Of a stretch of DNA of 64,000 nt, positions 1-9,866 are shown piece by piece. Position numbers and translations under genes: made by a program. The notes beneath the pieces were generated by a model. That model made no database searches and was not told the origin of the DNA. It saw only the letters and a program-made list of their open reading frames with translations. The DNA is taken from assembly GCA_963813155.1 (NCBI GenBank), contig CAWEYG010000003.1:192001-256000 (forward strand). Direction: 5' to 3'. This DNA comes from an uncultured Acidobacteriota bacterium. Its GTDB lineage: Bacteria; Acidobacteriota; Thermoanaerobaculia; UBA5066; DATFVB01. Numbering within the stretch: the stretch's first letter is position 1; each line of letters starts with the position of its first letter.

Positions 1-558
1 CACGAGGAAAAGGAGAAGGGCGTTGAGCGAAAGGTAGATCTGCGTCGGATGGAGCGGGACGTTCAAGGGCGTTCCCACCGCCTCGTGGGCGAACGGGTTC
101 GTGAACGTGATCGCCCACGGCACGTGCGTCGGCTTCCCGTAGCAGCAACCCGCCGAGAAGCAGCCCCAACGGCCGATCGCCTCGCCGAGCGCGATCGACG
201 GCGCCGCGATGTCGGTGACGCGCCAGACGGGGAGGCCGTGCTTCCGGATGTACCAGATTCCCACGATGCTCGCCGCGATGAAGCCGCCCTGGAAAACGCC
301 GCCCGAGCGGATGAGCTCGAGGGCCGCGCGGGGCTCCGCGACGTAGTCTTTGAAATCGACGATCGCGAGCAGGAGTTTCGACCCGAGAATCGCCGCCGCC
401 AGGATCGCGATCGAGAGATCGGCGATCTCGTTCTTCGGAAGGCCCTCGCGCTCGGCTTTGCGCGTCAGCAGCCAGATGCCGACGAGGTAGGCGATCGCGA
501 GCATGACGCCGTACGTCGGAAGGTAGAAGCTGCCGATCTCGAAGATTTTCGGATGCAT
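1..558 (-). CDS. lgt: prolipoprotein diacylglyceryl transferase (partial, runs off window start)
   Basis: Manual minus-strand translation MHPKIFEIGSFYLPTYGVMLAIA...VFQGGF...IGRLGCFSAGCCYG...HPTQIY; the ATG overlaps the lspA stop; sits downstream of ileS-lspA. Confidence 0.9.
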   Translation of the reverse strand, partial: MHPKIFEIGSFYLPTYGVMLAIAYLVGIWLLTRKAEREGLPKNEIADLSIAILAAAILGSKLLLAIVDFKDYVAEPRAALELIRSGGVFQGGFIAASIVGIWYIRKHGLPVWRVTDIAAPSIALGEAIGRWGCFSAGCCYGKPTHVPWAITFTNPFAHEAVGTPLNVPLHPTQIYLSLNALLLFLV

Positions 559-1082
559 CAGGAAGCGGCCGGCGGCGCGGGCTCGGGCGCCTTCTGCCGG
601 AGCATGTCGAGAGCGAGCAGCCCGACGCCCACGCAGATCGCGGAATCCGCGACGTTGAACGCCGGCCAGTAGTGGCCGCCGACGCCGAAGAGCAGGAAGT
701 CCACGACGTAGCCGAACCGGACCCGGTCGACGAGGTTCCCGACCGCCCCGCCGAGCACGAGCGCGAGGCCCATCTGCAGCCGCACGCTCTTGAAGTGGGA
801 CCGGAAGGCGTAAAAGCTGACGGCGAGAAACGCGGCGACGGCGACGCTGTTCAGGAAGATCGACTTGAACACGGATTCGAAATTCGCGAACAGGCCGAAC
901 GCCGCCCCGGAGTTCCGGACGAACGTGAGGAGGAAGAACTGTCCGAGCACCTCCCGCGATTCGTGGGGGGCGAACGCGCGGGTGACGACGCCCTTGCTCC
1001 ACTGGTCGAGGAAAAGGATCGCGACCGAGACGAGGAGGTAGGCGGACCGGTACAGCGTGCGCTGGGAGAGGACGCGGTTCAC
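558..1082 (-). CDS. lspA: lipoprotein signal peptidase II
   Basis: DQWSK, NSGAAFG, GNLVDR..G.VVDF and AFNVAD motifs; GTG start overlaps the ileS stop (GTGA). Confidence 0.95.
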   Translation of the reverse strand: MNRVLSQRTLYRSAYLLVSVAILFLDQWSKGVVTRAFAPHESREVLGQFFLLTFVRNSGAAFGLFANFESVFKSIFLNSVAVAAFLAVSFYAFRSHFKSVRLQMGLALVLGGAVGNLVDRVRFGYVVDFLLFGVGGHYWPAFNVADSAICVGVGLLALDMLRQKAPEPAPPAAS

Positions 1083-4019
1083 GAGGCCGGAACTCCCATT
1101 TCCGAGAGCACCCGGCGGCACCGGTCGCAGAGGCCGCCGTCGGCGGCTTCCCGGGCGATTTTCCAGCAGCGCGCGCACTTCGATCCTTCGGCTTTCCGGA
1201 ACCGGATCGAGACGCCGGGATAGGCGGCCGAAGGGACCGCCGAGGAGTCCTCGCCGGCCGTCATCGGGGCGACCTCCGAAACGATGAAGAAGTCCGCGAA
1301 GTCCGATCCCCAGCCCGCCGCCTCTCGATCCCGGTCCAGTCCCGGATCGGGCGAGAAATCCAGGGCGGCTTCGAGAGAAGACCCGATCACGCGTTCCTTC
1401 CGTTTGTCTTCGAGAATTTTCGTCGCTTCCTCGCGGAGCTTCAAGAGCCGGCCCCAGGCTTCTTCCGCTTCGGGCGAGAGCAGACCGCCGGCTTCCGTCT
1501 CCCAGCGGCCAAAACGCTCGAGGTGAACCGATTCTTCCCGCTTTCCGGGAAGGGTCTCGTAGATCTCCTCGGCGGTGAAGGGAAGAACGGTTGCGGTGAG
1601 GATCGCGAGGAGGCGCCCGATCCGATAGAGAGCAGTCTGCGCGGATCGCCGCTCGGGCGACGCGGCGGCCGAGGCATAGAGGCGGTCTTTCAGCACGTCG
1701 AGGTAGAACGAGGACATCGAAACGACGCAGAAGTCGTGAATCGCTCGCACCCCCATGTGGAATTCGAACGCGTCGAACGAGGCCCGGACCCTTCGCTCGA
1801 GCTCCGCGGCCCGGGCGGCGGCCCACTGGTCGAGCGGCCGAAGCGAGGCGTCCGGCAGCGAGTCGCGCTCCGGATCGAAGTCGAACAGGTTCGAAAGCAG
1901 GTAGCGCGCGGTGTTGCGGATCTTTCGATAGGCGTCCGAGTTGCGGGCGAGGATCTCGGGCGAGAGCGGCTGATCCTCGCGGTAGTCCTGCCCGAGGACC
2001 CAGAGTCGGAGGATGTCCGCGCCGTCTTTCGCGACGATGTCCTGCGGTGCGATGACATTGCCGAGCGACTTCGACATTTTCCGGCCCTGCCCGTCGACGA
2101 CGAACCCGTGCGTGATCACCGTGCCGAACGGGGCCTTCCCGTTCTCCAGAGCGACGGACGTCAGCAGCGAGGACTGGAACCATCCGCGGTGCTGGTCGTG
2201 GCCTTCGACGTAGACGTCGGCGGGCCAGGAGAGCTCCGGCCAGACGCCGGACTTCAGGACCGCCTCGTGCGAGACGCCGGAGTCGAACCAGACGTCGAGG
2301 ATGTCCCGCTCCTTTTCCCAGCTCCCGCCGCAGGAGTGCGCGGGAGAAGCGCCGGCGGGCAGGAACGCGGACGGCGGGAACGACGCATCGTCGAACCACG
2401 CGTCGGCGCCGTGCTCGCGGAAAATGTCGGCGACCCGCCGGAAGAACGCGTCGCGGGAAGCGGAGTCCCGTCCCTCGGGGTCGGGGAAGAGCTCGCGGCA
2501 CTTCTCGCAGCGCAGCACCGTGATCGGCGAGCCCCATCGTCGCTGGCGGGAGACACACCATTCGTGGCGGTTCGCCACCATCCCGCCGATCCTTTCCTTG
2601 CCCCAGGCGGGGATCCAGCGAACACGCTCGATCGCCTCCGCGGCGCGCTCGCGGATGTTGTCGCCGCCGCGCTCGAGGTCGATGAACCACTGTTCGGTCG
2701 CGCGGAAGATCACCGGGTTGTGGCAACGCCAGCAGTGCGGGTACTCGTGGCGGAAATGCTTGTCCTCATGGACGAGAGCGCCCGCTGACTTCGAGGTCCT
2801 TCACGATTTCCACGTTCGCCTCGAGGACTTTTTTGCCGGCGTACTTCTGAACCTCGTCCGTGAAACGACCCGCGGCGTCGACGGGCGACAGCACCGGAAG
2901 ACCTTCCCGTTGTCCCGTGCGGAAGTCGTCTTCTCCGTGGCCCGGGGCGGTGTGGACGAGACCGGTCCCCGTGTCCATCGTGACGTAGTCGGCCGCAACG
3001 ATTCGGAAAATCTCCGAGCCGTCTTTCGGCTTGCCGCGAGCTTCGGCAGGAAGGGGATGTTCGTACCGGAGACCGACGAGTCGAGCGCCGCTCACGGTCG
3101 CGAGGGCGCCGATCCCCGTCGCCGCGTCCCAGTTCAGCAGACGACGGATCGATTCCCGAAGTTTCTCCGCGACGACCCAGAGCCGTCCCTGAGCGGGGAG
3201 AAGCGTGTATTGCTCGTCCGGATGCACCGCGATCGCGAGGTTCGACGGAATCGTCCACGGCGTTGTCGTCCAGATGATCGCGTAGGGTCCGGCGAGCGGT
3301 CCCGATTGGCCGACCTGCTGCTCGTCGACACCAAAGGCATTCAGGATAGCCGCGCGATCCGAGAATTTGAACGCGACGTAAATCGCCGGGTCGTGCTGGT
3401 CCTCGTATTCGAGCTCCGCCTCCGCGAGCGCGGTCCGGTCGGTGAAACACCAGCGGACGGACTTGAGGGCCTTGTAGGCGAGCCCCTTCGCGTAGAAGTC
3501 GCCGAAGCACCGCGCGATATCGGCTTCGTACGCGTACGCCATCGTCTCGTAGGGCCGGTCCCACTCGGCGAACACGCCGAGGCGCTTGAACTCGGCTCTC
3601 TGGATGTCGATGAACCGTTGCGCGTACTCGCGGCAGGCGCGCCGGATTTCGAGGTCGCTCATGTCGCGCTTCTTCGCGCCGAGCTCCTTGTCGACCTGGC
3701 GCTCGATCGGCAGCCCGTGGCAGTCCCAGCCCGGAACGAAAGGCGCGTCGCGGCCCTCCATCATGCGGGAGCGGACGACCGCGTCCTTGACGATCTTGTT
3801 GAGGGCCGTTCCGAGATGGATGTGGCCGTTCGCGTAGGGTGGGCCGTCGTGGAAGATGAACTTCGGGGACCCCTTCGCCTTCTCGCGGATCTTCTTCTGG
3901 AGGCCGATCTTCGCCCAGGATTCGAGCCTCGCCGGCTCTCGCGTGGCGAGGTCGGCCTTCATCGGAAAAGCCGTCGACGGCAGGTTCATCGTCGACTTGT
4001 AGTCGCGGGATTCAGTCAT
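1079..4019 (-). CDS. ileS: isoleucine--tRNA ligase (one apparent +1 frameshift near 2788, probably a sequencing error)
   Basis: HDGPPYANGHIHLG, GWDCHGLP, WTTTPWT, GTGLVHTAPGHG in ORF 2766-4019; YPHCWRC, WCVSRQRRWG, KMSKS and C-terminal Zn finger in the frame of ORF 1079-2713. Confidence 0.95.
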
Positions 4020-4051
4020 GTAAGTCGCTCAAACAGCGAAACATAACATAA

Positions 4052-4447
4052 TCATCGAGGATGGCAAAGCAGCGCGACGACGGCGGCGGCCATCTGGCCG
4101 GTGTGGGTGATCGTGACCTCCGCCTGAAAGACTCCCATCGACTCGGCGCGGGCTTTCGCCTTGCCGGTGAAGAGGAGCGTCGGCTTGCCCGACCTCTCGC
4201 GCCCGACGACGATGTCGCGGAACCCGAGGCCGCGCCACCCCGTGCCGAGCGCCTTCATCCCGGCCTCCTTCGCGGCGAAACGGCCGGCGACGTGCTGGGC
4301 GAAGGCTTCCGGGTGAACGCGGCGGGTCGAGAGCTCGCCGTCGACGAAAATGCGGGACAGGAAGCGGTCGCCCCAGCGGCCGATCGCGGCGGAGATCCTC
4401 GGGACCTCCGCGAGGTCCAGGCCCAGGAAGAGAACGGGATCGCTCAC
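4052..4447 (-). CDS. acpS: holo-[acyl-carrier-protein] synthase
   Basis: GLDLAE, AGRFAAKEAGMKALGTG, SGKP and TITH motifs; GTG start overlaps the upstream stop. Confidence 0.92.
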   Translation of the reverse strand: MSDPVLFLGLDLAEVPRISAAIGRWGDRFLSRIFVDGELSTRRVHPEAFAQHVAGRFAAKEAGMKALGTGWRGLGFRDIVVGRERSGKPTLLFTGKAKARAESMGVFQAEVTITHTGQMAAAVVALLCHPR

Positions 4448-5061
4448 GGCGATCCCATCGCTCGCATCGCTTCGACCTCCGCGGCCGGATCGTCGGACGT
4501 TTCGAAGGCGCGGATCGCGGCGACTCCGCTGAATCGGCCGCGAAAGGGCGCGATCTCCTCGAGGCGGGTTCGATCGATGCCGCCGACGAGGAAGAGCTCC
4601 GTTCCCTCGGGAGGCTGCTCCGGCAGGTCGTCCAGGACTTTCGGGGAAAGGGGAGGCCCGAACTGCGCTTTCGACGGCGTCTCGAAGATCGGGCCGAGGA
4701 GGACGAGATCCGCGCCCTGTTCGAACGCCGCGCTCACCGACGCCGCCGAGTGCGTTGAGCGGCCGATGACGAATCCCCGGGGCGTCTCGCGGCGAACGGG
4801 CGCGATCGGGAGGCCGGCCTCGGGCAGGATCACTCCGGCGGCGCCCGCCGCGAGCGCGAGGTCGAAGCGGCCGTTCGCGAGGACGCGCGAGCCCGCAAGA
4901 GCGTCCACCGCGCGCCGAAGGAGCCGCGTGACCGCGCGGTCCGAGGCCTCTTTGTCGCGCACCTCGACATAGTCGGGGCGTCCGGGCGCGACGCGCGCGA
5001 GAAACCGATCGAATTTCTCCTCGGAAGCGGTCGAGTCGCCGGTGATGCACATCACTTTCAT
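4444..5061 (-). CDS. thiamine-phosphate synthase (ThiE/TenI) family protein, divergent active site
   Basis: GRSTHS, GADLVLLGPIFETPSK and VGGI motifs; QxRxK appears as EVRDK and ND as NG; alternative GTG start at 5070. Confidence 0.8.
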   Translation of the reverse strand: MKVMCITGDSTASEEKFDRFLARVAPGRPDYVEVRDKEASDRAVTRLLRRAVDALAGSRVLANGRFDLALAAGAAGVILPEAGLPIAPVRRETPRGFVIGRSTHSAASVSAAFEQGADLVLLGPIFETPSKAQFGPPLSPKVLDDLPEQPPEGTELFLVGGIDRTRLEEIAPFRGRFSGVAAIRAFETSDDPAAEVEAMRAMGSP

Positions 5062-5077
5062 TCGTCGCACATCACCT

Positions 5078-5320
5078 TCACTCTTCTGCGGCTCCTTCGG
5101 AGCGGTGATCGGCGGAAACCCGCCGGAAGAGAAGGCGAAAATCATTGATCCCGGCGACGAGATGGAGAATCCCGATCCCGGAGACGAACCCGCGCAGGTA
5201 GGGCGAGGCCGGGCCCGAGTCGGGCGCCCAGGGGCGAAGAAGCAGGTACATTCCGATTCCCGTGCAATAAAACACGAACAGGATGCTCCCGCCGTACTCT
5301 CTCCACTGTTCGCCCTTCAC
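5078..5320 (-). CDS. small hypothetical membrane protein (2 TM)
   Basis: Two hydrophobic stretches (SILFVFYCTGIGMYLLL; FVSGIGILHLVAGI); TACAAT -10-like box upstream; fills the gap before the ThiE-like gene. Confidence 0.55.
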   Translation of the reverse strand: MKGEQWREYGGSILFVFYCTGIGMYLLLRPWAPDSGPASPYLRGFVSGIGILHLVAGINDFRLLFRRVSADHRSEGAAEE

Positions 5321-5371
5321 GATCGCCCGCCATTGTAGCGGATGGGGTTCGGGCCATAATCTCGCGACGAG

Positions 5372-6115
5372 ATGAAGAAACCCCCGTCGTTCGTCGTGTC
5401 CGGTCCGCTCGAGCCCGGCGGCCTCGTGAGCCTCGCGGACGAAGAGCGGCGGCATGCGCGCGCTCGGCGCCTGCGTCCCGGCGCGGTCGTCCGGCTCGTC
5501 GACGGCGAGGGCTCCGTCGGAACCGGAACGATCGAACGGTTCGACCGCTCGGCCCTCGAGGTGCGCGTGGATGAAATCCGCACGGACCCGGTTGCCGCGT
5601 TCTCGATCCTGGTTCTCGCGCCGGTGCTGCGGGCATCGAGGCTGTCGTGGCTCGTCGAGAAAGCGACCGAGCTCGGCGCGTCGAAGATCGTCCTCGTGGA
5701 GTCGGCGCGCGCCCAGGGCGATCGCGCGGAGGACGCGCAGAGAGACGGCGGGCGGCTCGGCCGGATCGCCCGCGAAGCCGCGAAGCAGTGCGGGCGGACG
5801 TCGTTTCCCTCGATCGAGGGCCCCGTTTCGTTCGCCGAGGCCTCCCTCCTGCCGGCCGGCCGCCGGCTGCTGCTCGATCCTTCCGGCGACCCGTTCCCTC
5901 CGTCGCTCTCCGGAGAGAGCATTGCTCTCTGGGCGGGCCCGGAAGGGGGCTTCACCGCCGCGGAGCTCGCCGCCGCGGTCGGCGCGGGATGGGAAAGAGT
6001 GCGCCTCGCCGGGTCCGTTCTGCGCGCGGAAACCGCCGTCCTCGCCGCGCTCGCGCTGGCCGCTCGAGCGATTGACAGCGCCGCCGGGCGGGCGGACAAT
6101 AGTCCGACACCGTAA
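5372..6115 (+). CDS. rsmE: 16S rRNA m3U1498 methyltransferase
   Basis: EKATELG, EAAKQCGR, GPEGGF and VLRAETA SPOUT motifs. Confidence 0.93.
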   Translation: MKKPPSFVVSGPLEPGGLVSLADEERRHARARRLRPGAVVRLVDGEGSVGTGTIERFDRSALEVRVDEIRTDPVAAFSILVLAPVLRASRLSWLVEKATELGASKIVLVESARAQGDRAEDAQRDGGRLGRIAREAAKQCGRTSFPSIEGPVSFAEASLLPAGRRLLLDPSGDPFPPSLSGESIALWAGPEGGFTAAELAAAVGAGWERVRLAGSVLRAETAVLAALALAARAIDSAAGRADNSPTP

Positions 6116-6138
6116 AGCTCCGAACGAGGAGGCGCCCG

Positions 6139-7110
6139 ATGGCATTCGAGGACGTCAAGAAGGTCTGGATGAACGGAAAGTTCGTGGACTACAAGGACGC
6201 GACCGTCCACGTCTTCTCGCACGTCATCCACTACGGATCCGGCGTTTTCGAAGGGACGCGGTGCTACAAGACGCCGCGGGGGCCCGCCGTCTTTCGCCTG
6301 GCGGACCACACCGACCGCCTGTACGCCTCGGCGAAGATCTACCGGATGGAGATTCCGTACGAAAAGGCGCAGTTCAACGAAGCCATCCTGGAGACGATCC
6401 GGGTCAACGAGTTCGAGGAGTGCTACATCCGCCCGGTCGCCTACCGGGGACACGGAACGCTCGGCGTGAATCCTTTCAATTCCCCGATCGACGTCGTGAT
6501 CGGAGTCTGGAAGTGGGGCAAGTACCTCGGTCCCGAGGCGCTCGAAAAGGGAGTCGACGTTTGCGTCTCGTCGTGGAACCGGATGGCGCCGAATACGTTC
6601 CCCGCGATGGCGAAAGCGACGGCGAACTACATGAACTCCCAGCTCATCAAGATGGAGGCGCTGACGAACGGGTACGTCGAAGGGATCGGCCTTTCGAGGG
6701 ATGGCACCGTCGCGGAGGGAAGCGGCGAGAACATTTTCGTCGTCTGGCGCGACCGCGTGATCACGCCGCCGACCGCGAGCGCGGGGCTTCCGGGCATCAC
6801 CCGTTCGACGGTGCTCGAGCTCGCGCGGGAGTGCGGGTTCGACGTCGTCGAGCAGCAGATTCCGCGGGAGCTCCTCTACATCGCCGACGAAGTGTTCTTC
6901 TGCGGCACGGCCTCGGAAATCACGCCGATCCGCTCCGTCGACCGGATTTCGATCGGCAACGGGGCGCGGGGCCCCGTCGTCGAGCGGCTCCAGAAGGAAT
7001 TCTTCGCCATCGTCGAGGGCCGCGTGCCCGACCGGCACGGCTGGCTGACGCCCGTCGAGGTTTCGGTGGAAGCGGGGATCGCTGCGGGGATGGCGGCGGG
7101 CAAAGCCTAG
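6139..7110 (+). CDS. ilvE: branched-chain amino acid aminotransferase
   Basis: HYGSGVFEG, YIRP, AKATANY (PLP Lys), EGSGEN, LPGITR, GTASEITP; GGAGG RBS. Confidence 0.95.
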   Translation: MAFEDVKKVWMNGKFVDYKDATVHVFSHVIHYGSGVFEGTRCYKTPRGPAVFRLADHTDRLYASAKIYRMEIPYEKAQFNEAILETIRVNEFEECYIRPVAYRGHGTLGVNPFNSPIDVVIGVWKWGKYLGPEALEKGVDVCVSSWNRMAPNTFPAMAKATANYMNSQLIKMEALTNGYVEGIGLSRDGTVAEGSGENIFVVWRDRVITPPTASAGLPGITRSTVLELARECGFDVVEQQIPRELLYIADEVFFCGTASEITPIRSVDRISIGNGARGPVVERLQKEFFAIVEGRVPDRHGWLTPVEVSVEAGIAAGMAAGKA

Positions 7111-7152
7111 GGGCCCCCCGGGCCGCGAGGCGGGCAAGAAAGGGCGGTTTCC

Positions 7153-8343
7153 ATGCATATCAACGATCTCCTGAGAATCGCGACCGAGCGGAAGGCCTCG
7201 GACCTTCACCTCAAGGTGGGCGCCTATCCGGTGATCCGCGTCGACGGAACCCTGATCCCCCTCGTCGAGATGAAGCGGCTCGTCCAGGAAGACACGATCG
7301 CGATGGCGTTCTCGATCATGAGCGCCCGCCAGAAGGAGAAGTTCAAGAACAATTTCGAGATCGACATCGCGTATTCGGTGCCGGATCTCGGCCGGTTTCG
7401 ATGCAACATCTTCCAGCAGCGCGGCACGGTGGGCCTCGTCCTTCGCGTCATTCCGTCGCGAATTCTCTCGTCGCGGGACCTGCTTCTGCCCCCCGTCGTC
7501 GACCGGATCGCTTCGGAGCAGCGCGGCCTGATCCTCTGCACCGGGACGACCGGCTCCGGCAAGTCGACGACGCTCGCCGCGATGCTCGACTACATCAACA
7601 CGACGCGAAACGAGCACATCATGACGATCGAGGACCCGATCGAGTTCCTCCACCGGGACAAGAAGTCGATCGTCAACCAGCGCGAGGTGGAGGTCGACAC
7701 GAAGGGCTTCTCGATCGCGCTGCGAAGCGCCCTGCGGCAGGACCCGGACGTGATCCTCGTCGGCGAGATGCGCGACTACGAGACCGTCGAGACCGCGCTG
7801 ACCGCGGCGGAGACCGGCCACCTCGTGCTCTCGACGCTGCACACGCTCGACGCGACCGAGACGATCAACCGCATCGTGGCCATCTTCCCCCCTCACCAGC
7901 AGAAGCAGATCCGGCTGCAGCTGTCGGCCGTTCTGAAGGCCGTCATCTCCCTGCGCCTCATGCCGCGCGCCGACGGGCTCGGGCGCGTCCCGGCCGCCGA
8001 GATCCTGATCTCGACGGCGCTCGTGAGGGACTGCATCGAGAACAAGGAGAAGACGAAGCTCATCAAGGACGCGATCACGGCGGGCACGTCGCAGTACGGC
8101 ATGCAGACGTTCGACCAGTCGCTCTTCAGCCTCTACAAGTCGGGGCTGATCACGCTGGACGAGGCTCTCAAGCGATCGACGAACCCGAACGAGTTCCGTC
8201 TGAAGCTCCAGGGGATCCAGTCCACGTCGGATGTCGCCCAGGAGGAGATGGACGCGTCGCTGGAGGCGCCTTCGGAAGCCGACCCGATGTCGGAGAATTC
8301 TCCTTTCGATTTCTCGAACCAGCTGCCCGGCACGAACAGATAA
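7153..8343 (+). CDS. pilT: type IV pilus retraction ATPase PilT/PilU family
   Basis: ASDLHL, Walker A GTTGSGKST, TIEDPIE, LRQDPDVILVGEMRD, ETGHLVLSTLH, GMQTFDQSL. Confidence 0.92.
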   Translation: MHINDLLRIATERKASDLHLKVGAYPVIRVDGTLIPLVEMKRLVQEDTIAMAFSIMSARQKEKFKNNFEIDIAYSVPDLGRFRCNIFQQRGTVGLVLRVIPSRILSSRDLLLPPVVDRIASEQRGLILCTGTTGSGKSTTLAAMLDYINTTRNEHIMTIEDPIEFLHRDKKSIVNQREVEVDTKGFSIALRSALRQDPDVILVGEMRDYETVETALTAAETGHLVLSTLHTLDATETINRIVAIFPPHQQKQIRLQLSAVLKAVISLRLMPRADGLGRVPAAEILISTALVRDCIENKEKTKLIKDAITAGTSQYGMQTFDQSLFSLYKSGLITLDEALKRSTNPNEFRLKLQGIQSTSDVAQEEMDASLEAPSEADPMSENSPFDFSNQLPGTNR

Positions 8344-8349
8344 GAGCCC

Positions 8350-8841
8350 GTGGCTCATCGACGTCCCCGGATCGCCCGCGCCGTCTCCGCTTCTTCGCTG
8401 GAGGAATGCCGCAAGCGGGCGTTTCATCTCCTTTCGATCCGTTCCCGCTCGCGCGAAGAGCTGCGGCGGGCGCTCCAGATCCGCGGCCACGACTCCGAGG
8501 CGGTCTCCGAAACGCTGGACGCGCTGGAAAAAGGCGGTCTCCTCAACGAGCAGGCGGCGCTGGAAGCGTTCCTGCTGGACCGGGAAGACCGTTTCGGAAA
8601 AGGGCGTCTCCGCCACGATCTGCGGCGGCGCGGCTTTCCGGCGGAATCGATCGACAGGGCGCTCGCGGAAATCTCCGATGACGACGAGCGCGCGCTCGCG
8701 GAAACGCTCTTCCGCCGCCGATGGGCCGAGCTGTCGAAGCTGCCGCCCGAGAAGCGAAAAAAACGGGTTTTCGACTTTCTCGACCGCCGCGGGTTTTCGA
8801 AGTCGCTGATCTTCGAGTTGATGGGGGAAGAGACGGATTGA
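8350..8841 (+). CDS. recX: regulatory protein RecX
   Basis: LLSIRSRSREELRRAL, G.GRLRHDLRRRG and FLDRRGF repeats typical of RecX; upstream of alaS. Confidence 0.85.
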   Translation: MAHRRPRIARAVSASSLEECRKRAFHLLSIRSRSREELRRALQIRGHDSEAVSETLDALEKGGLLNEQAALEAFLLDREDRFGKGRLRHDLRRRGFPAESIDRALAEISDDDERALAETLFRRRWAELSKLPPEKRKKRVFDFLDRRGFSKSLIFELMGEETD

Positions 8842-8909
8842 GGGGCTATCGGTCGTTCCTACGATTTGATTCCTTTGTCACGGACGACCGCCCCAATACA
8901 GGCTACAAA

Positions 8910-9560
8910 TTGGCGTTTGCCTGTGTCGTAACGCTGGGTTGCTCGATCGCACCACCCTCAACGGCCTCGCCGGGAAAAGATCACCGCGCTGTGTCCTGCG
9001 GCATTAGCTTTAGAGGCCCCGATCGTCAAAGGGACCTAAAGGGGTTTGACGACCTGCCTGTCGCTCTTCAGCGATTGGTGCGGCAGCACATAGTTGACCG
9101 TCTCGGTAGTCGATACGCTTCCGAATTAGTGTTTGATCGTGGACAGTTAAAGAATCTCGACTCTCCATCATCTTCCGAGCAAGTCAGCGATCCGCTGGCT
9201 AGGCGGCTTTACAACCTGCTCTACCAATTTAGACTCTCCGCAGGCCAGAGCGTTACTGCCTGCATTTTGCTAGAGCCGAATGGAAACATGGTCCAGCCAC
9301 TTTCACTCCCATCTTGGGCGCGCGGCTCCGCTCCACCACGCGTCATGACCAAGAGCGAGGCCAGCGCGGTCGCGAGTAAGCATCGCGTACCCGCATCAGC
9401 TGGAGTCGAGATCTCATATTTTCCTGACACGGATACGCTCGAATGGCTATTTTCATTCCCAACCGCGGATGACGGCTCGACGGTGAGAGGGAAGACTCTC
9501 CATATTCCGATCCAGGATTCGGCAGGCATACATTGGTCCGATTGGGAGGCAATTCATTAG
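8910..9560 (+). CDS. hypothetical exported/lipoprotein-like protein, lower GC (start uncertain; ORF open from 8721)
   Basis: Long ORF with visibly lower GC and A/T-ending codons; hydrophobic LAFACVVTLGC near the N-terminus. Confidence 0.55.
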   Translation: MAFACVVTLGCSIAPPSTASPGKDHRAVSCGISFRGPDRQRDLKGFDDLPVALQRLVRQHIVDRLGSRYASELVFDRGQLKNLDSPSSSEQVSDPLARRLYNLLYQFRLSAGQSVTACILLEPNGNMVQPLSLPSWARGSAPPRVMTKSEASAVASKHRVPASAGVEISYFPDTDTLEWLFSFPTADDGSTVRGKTLHIPIQDSAGIHWSDWEAIH

Positions 9561-9572
9561 TGACACGCAATC

Positions 9573-9613
9573 TTGATTTCGCCTCGACCTCGGCGTAGAG
9601 TCATTGTAGATAC
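9573..9613 (+). promoter_or_regulatory. sigma70-type mazEF promoter with overlapping candidate MazE operator
   Basis: TTGATT(9573-78)-17 nt-TAGAGT(9596-9601), then CATTGTAGATAC and a GGAGG RBS. Confidence 0.6.
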
Positions 9614-9622
9614 GGAGGCGAG

Positions 9623-9862
9623 ATGAGAACCAGGGTTCAAAAGTGGGGAAACAGCCTGGCCGTCCGGATTCCCAAACCCTTCGCGGAAGGAGCGGGGTTG
9701 GGCCCGTCATCGGAGGTTGAGGTTTCGCTCGAGAAGGGAGAAGTTCGCCTCTCGCCCGTTCGCCCTCGTTGGGGTCTGAAGAGGCTGCTTTCAGGTGTTT
9801 CGAAGAAGAATATTCATCGTGAAGTCGACGCCGGGGCCTCGGTCGGTCGAGAAGTCTGGTAG
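9623..9862 (+). CDS. mazE: AbrB/MazE-family antitoxin
   Basis: VQKWGNSLAVRIP N-terminus; C-terminus ...NIHREVD...GREVW resembles E. coli MazE. Confidence 0.93.
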   Translation: MRTRVQKWGNSLAVRIPKPFAEGAGLGPSSEVEVSLEKGEVRLSPVRPRWGLKRLLSGVSKKNIHREVDAGASVGREVW

Positions 9863-9866
9863 CGCC

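Noticed and set aside
5317-8681. Long antisense and alternate-frame ORFs (1099 aa, 1075 aa; likewise 37076-40108, 17124-19124 and others)
   Set aside because: Arg/Gly/Pro-rich shadows expected at this GC, lying over well-supported genes, with no recognisable motifs
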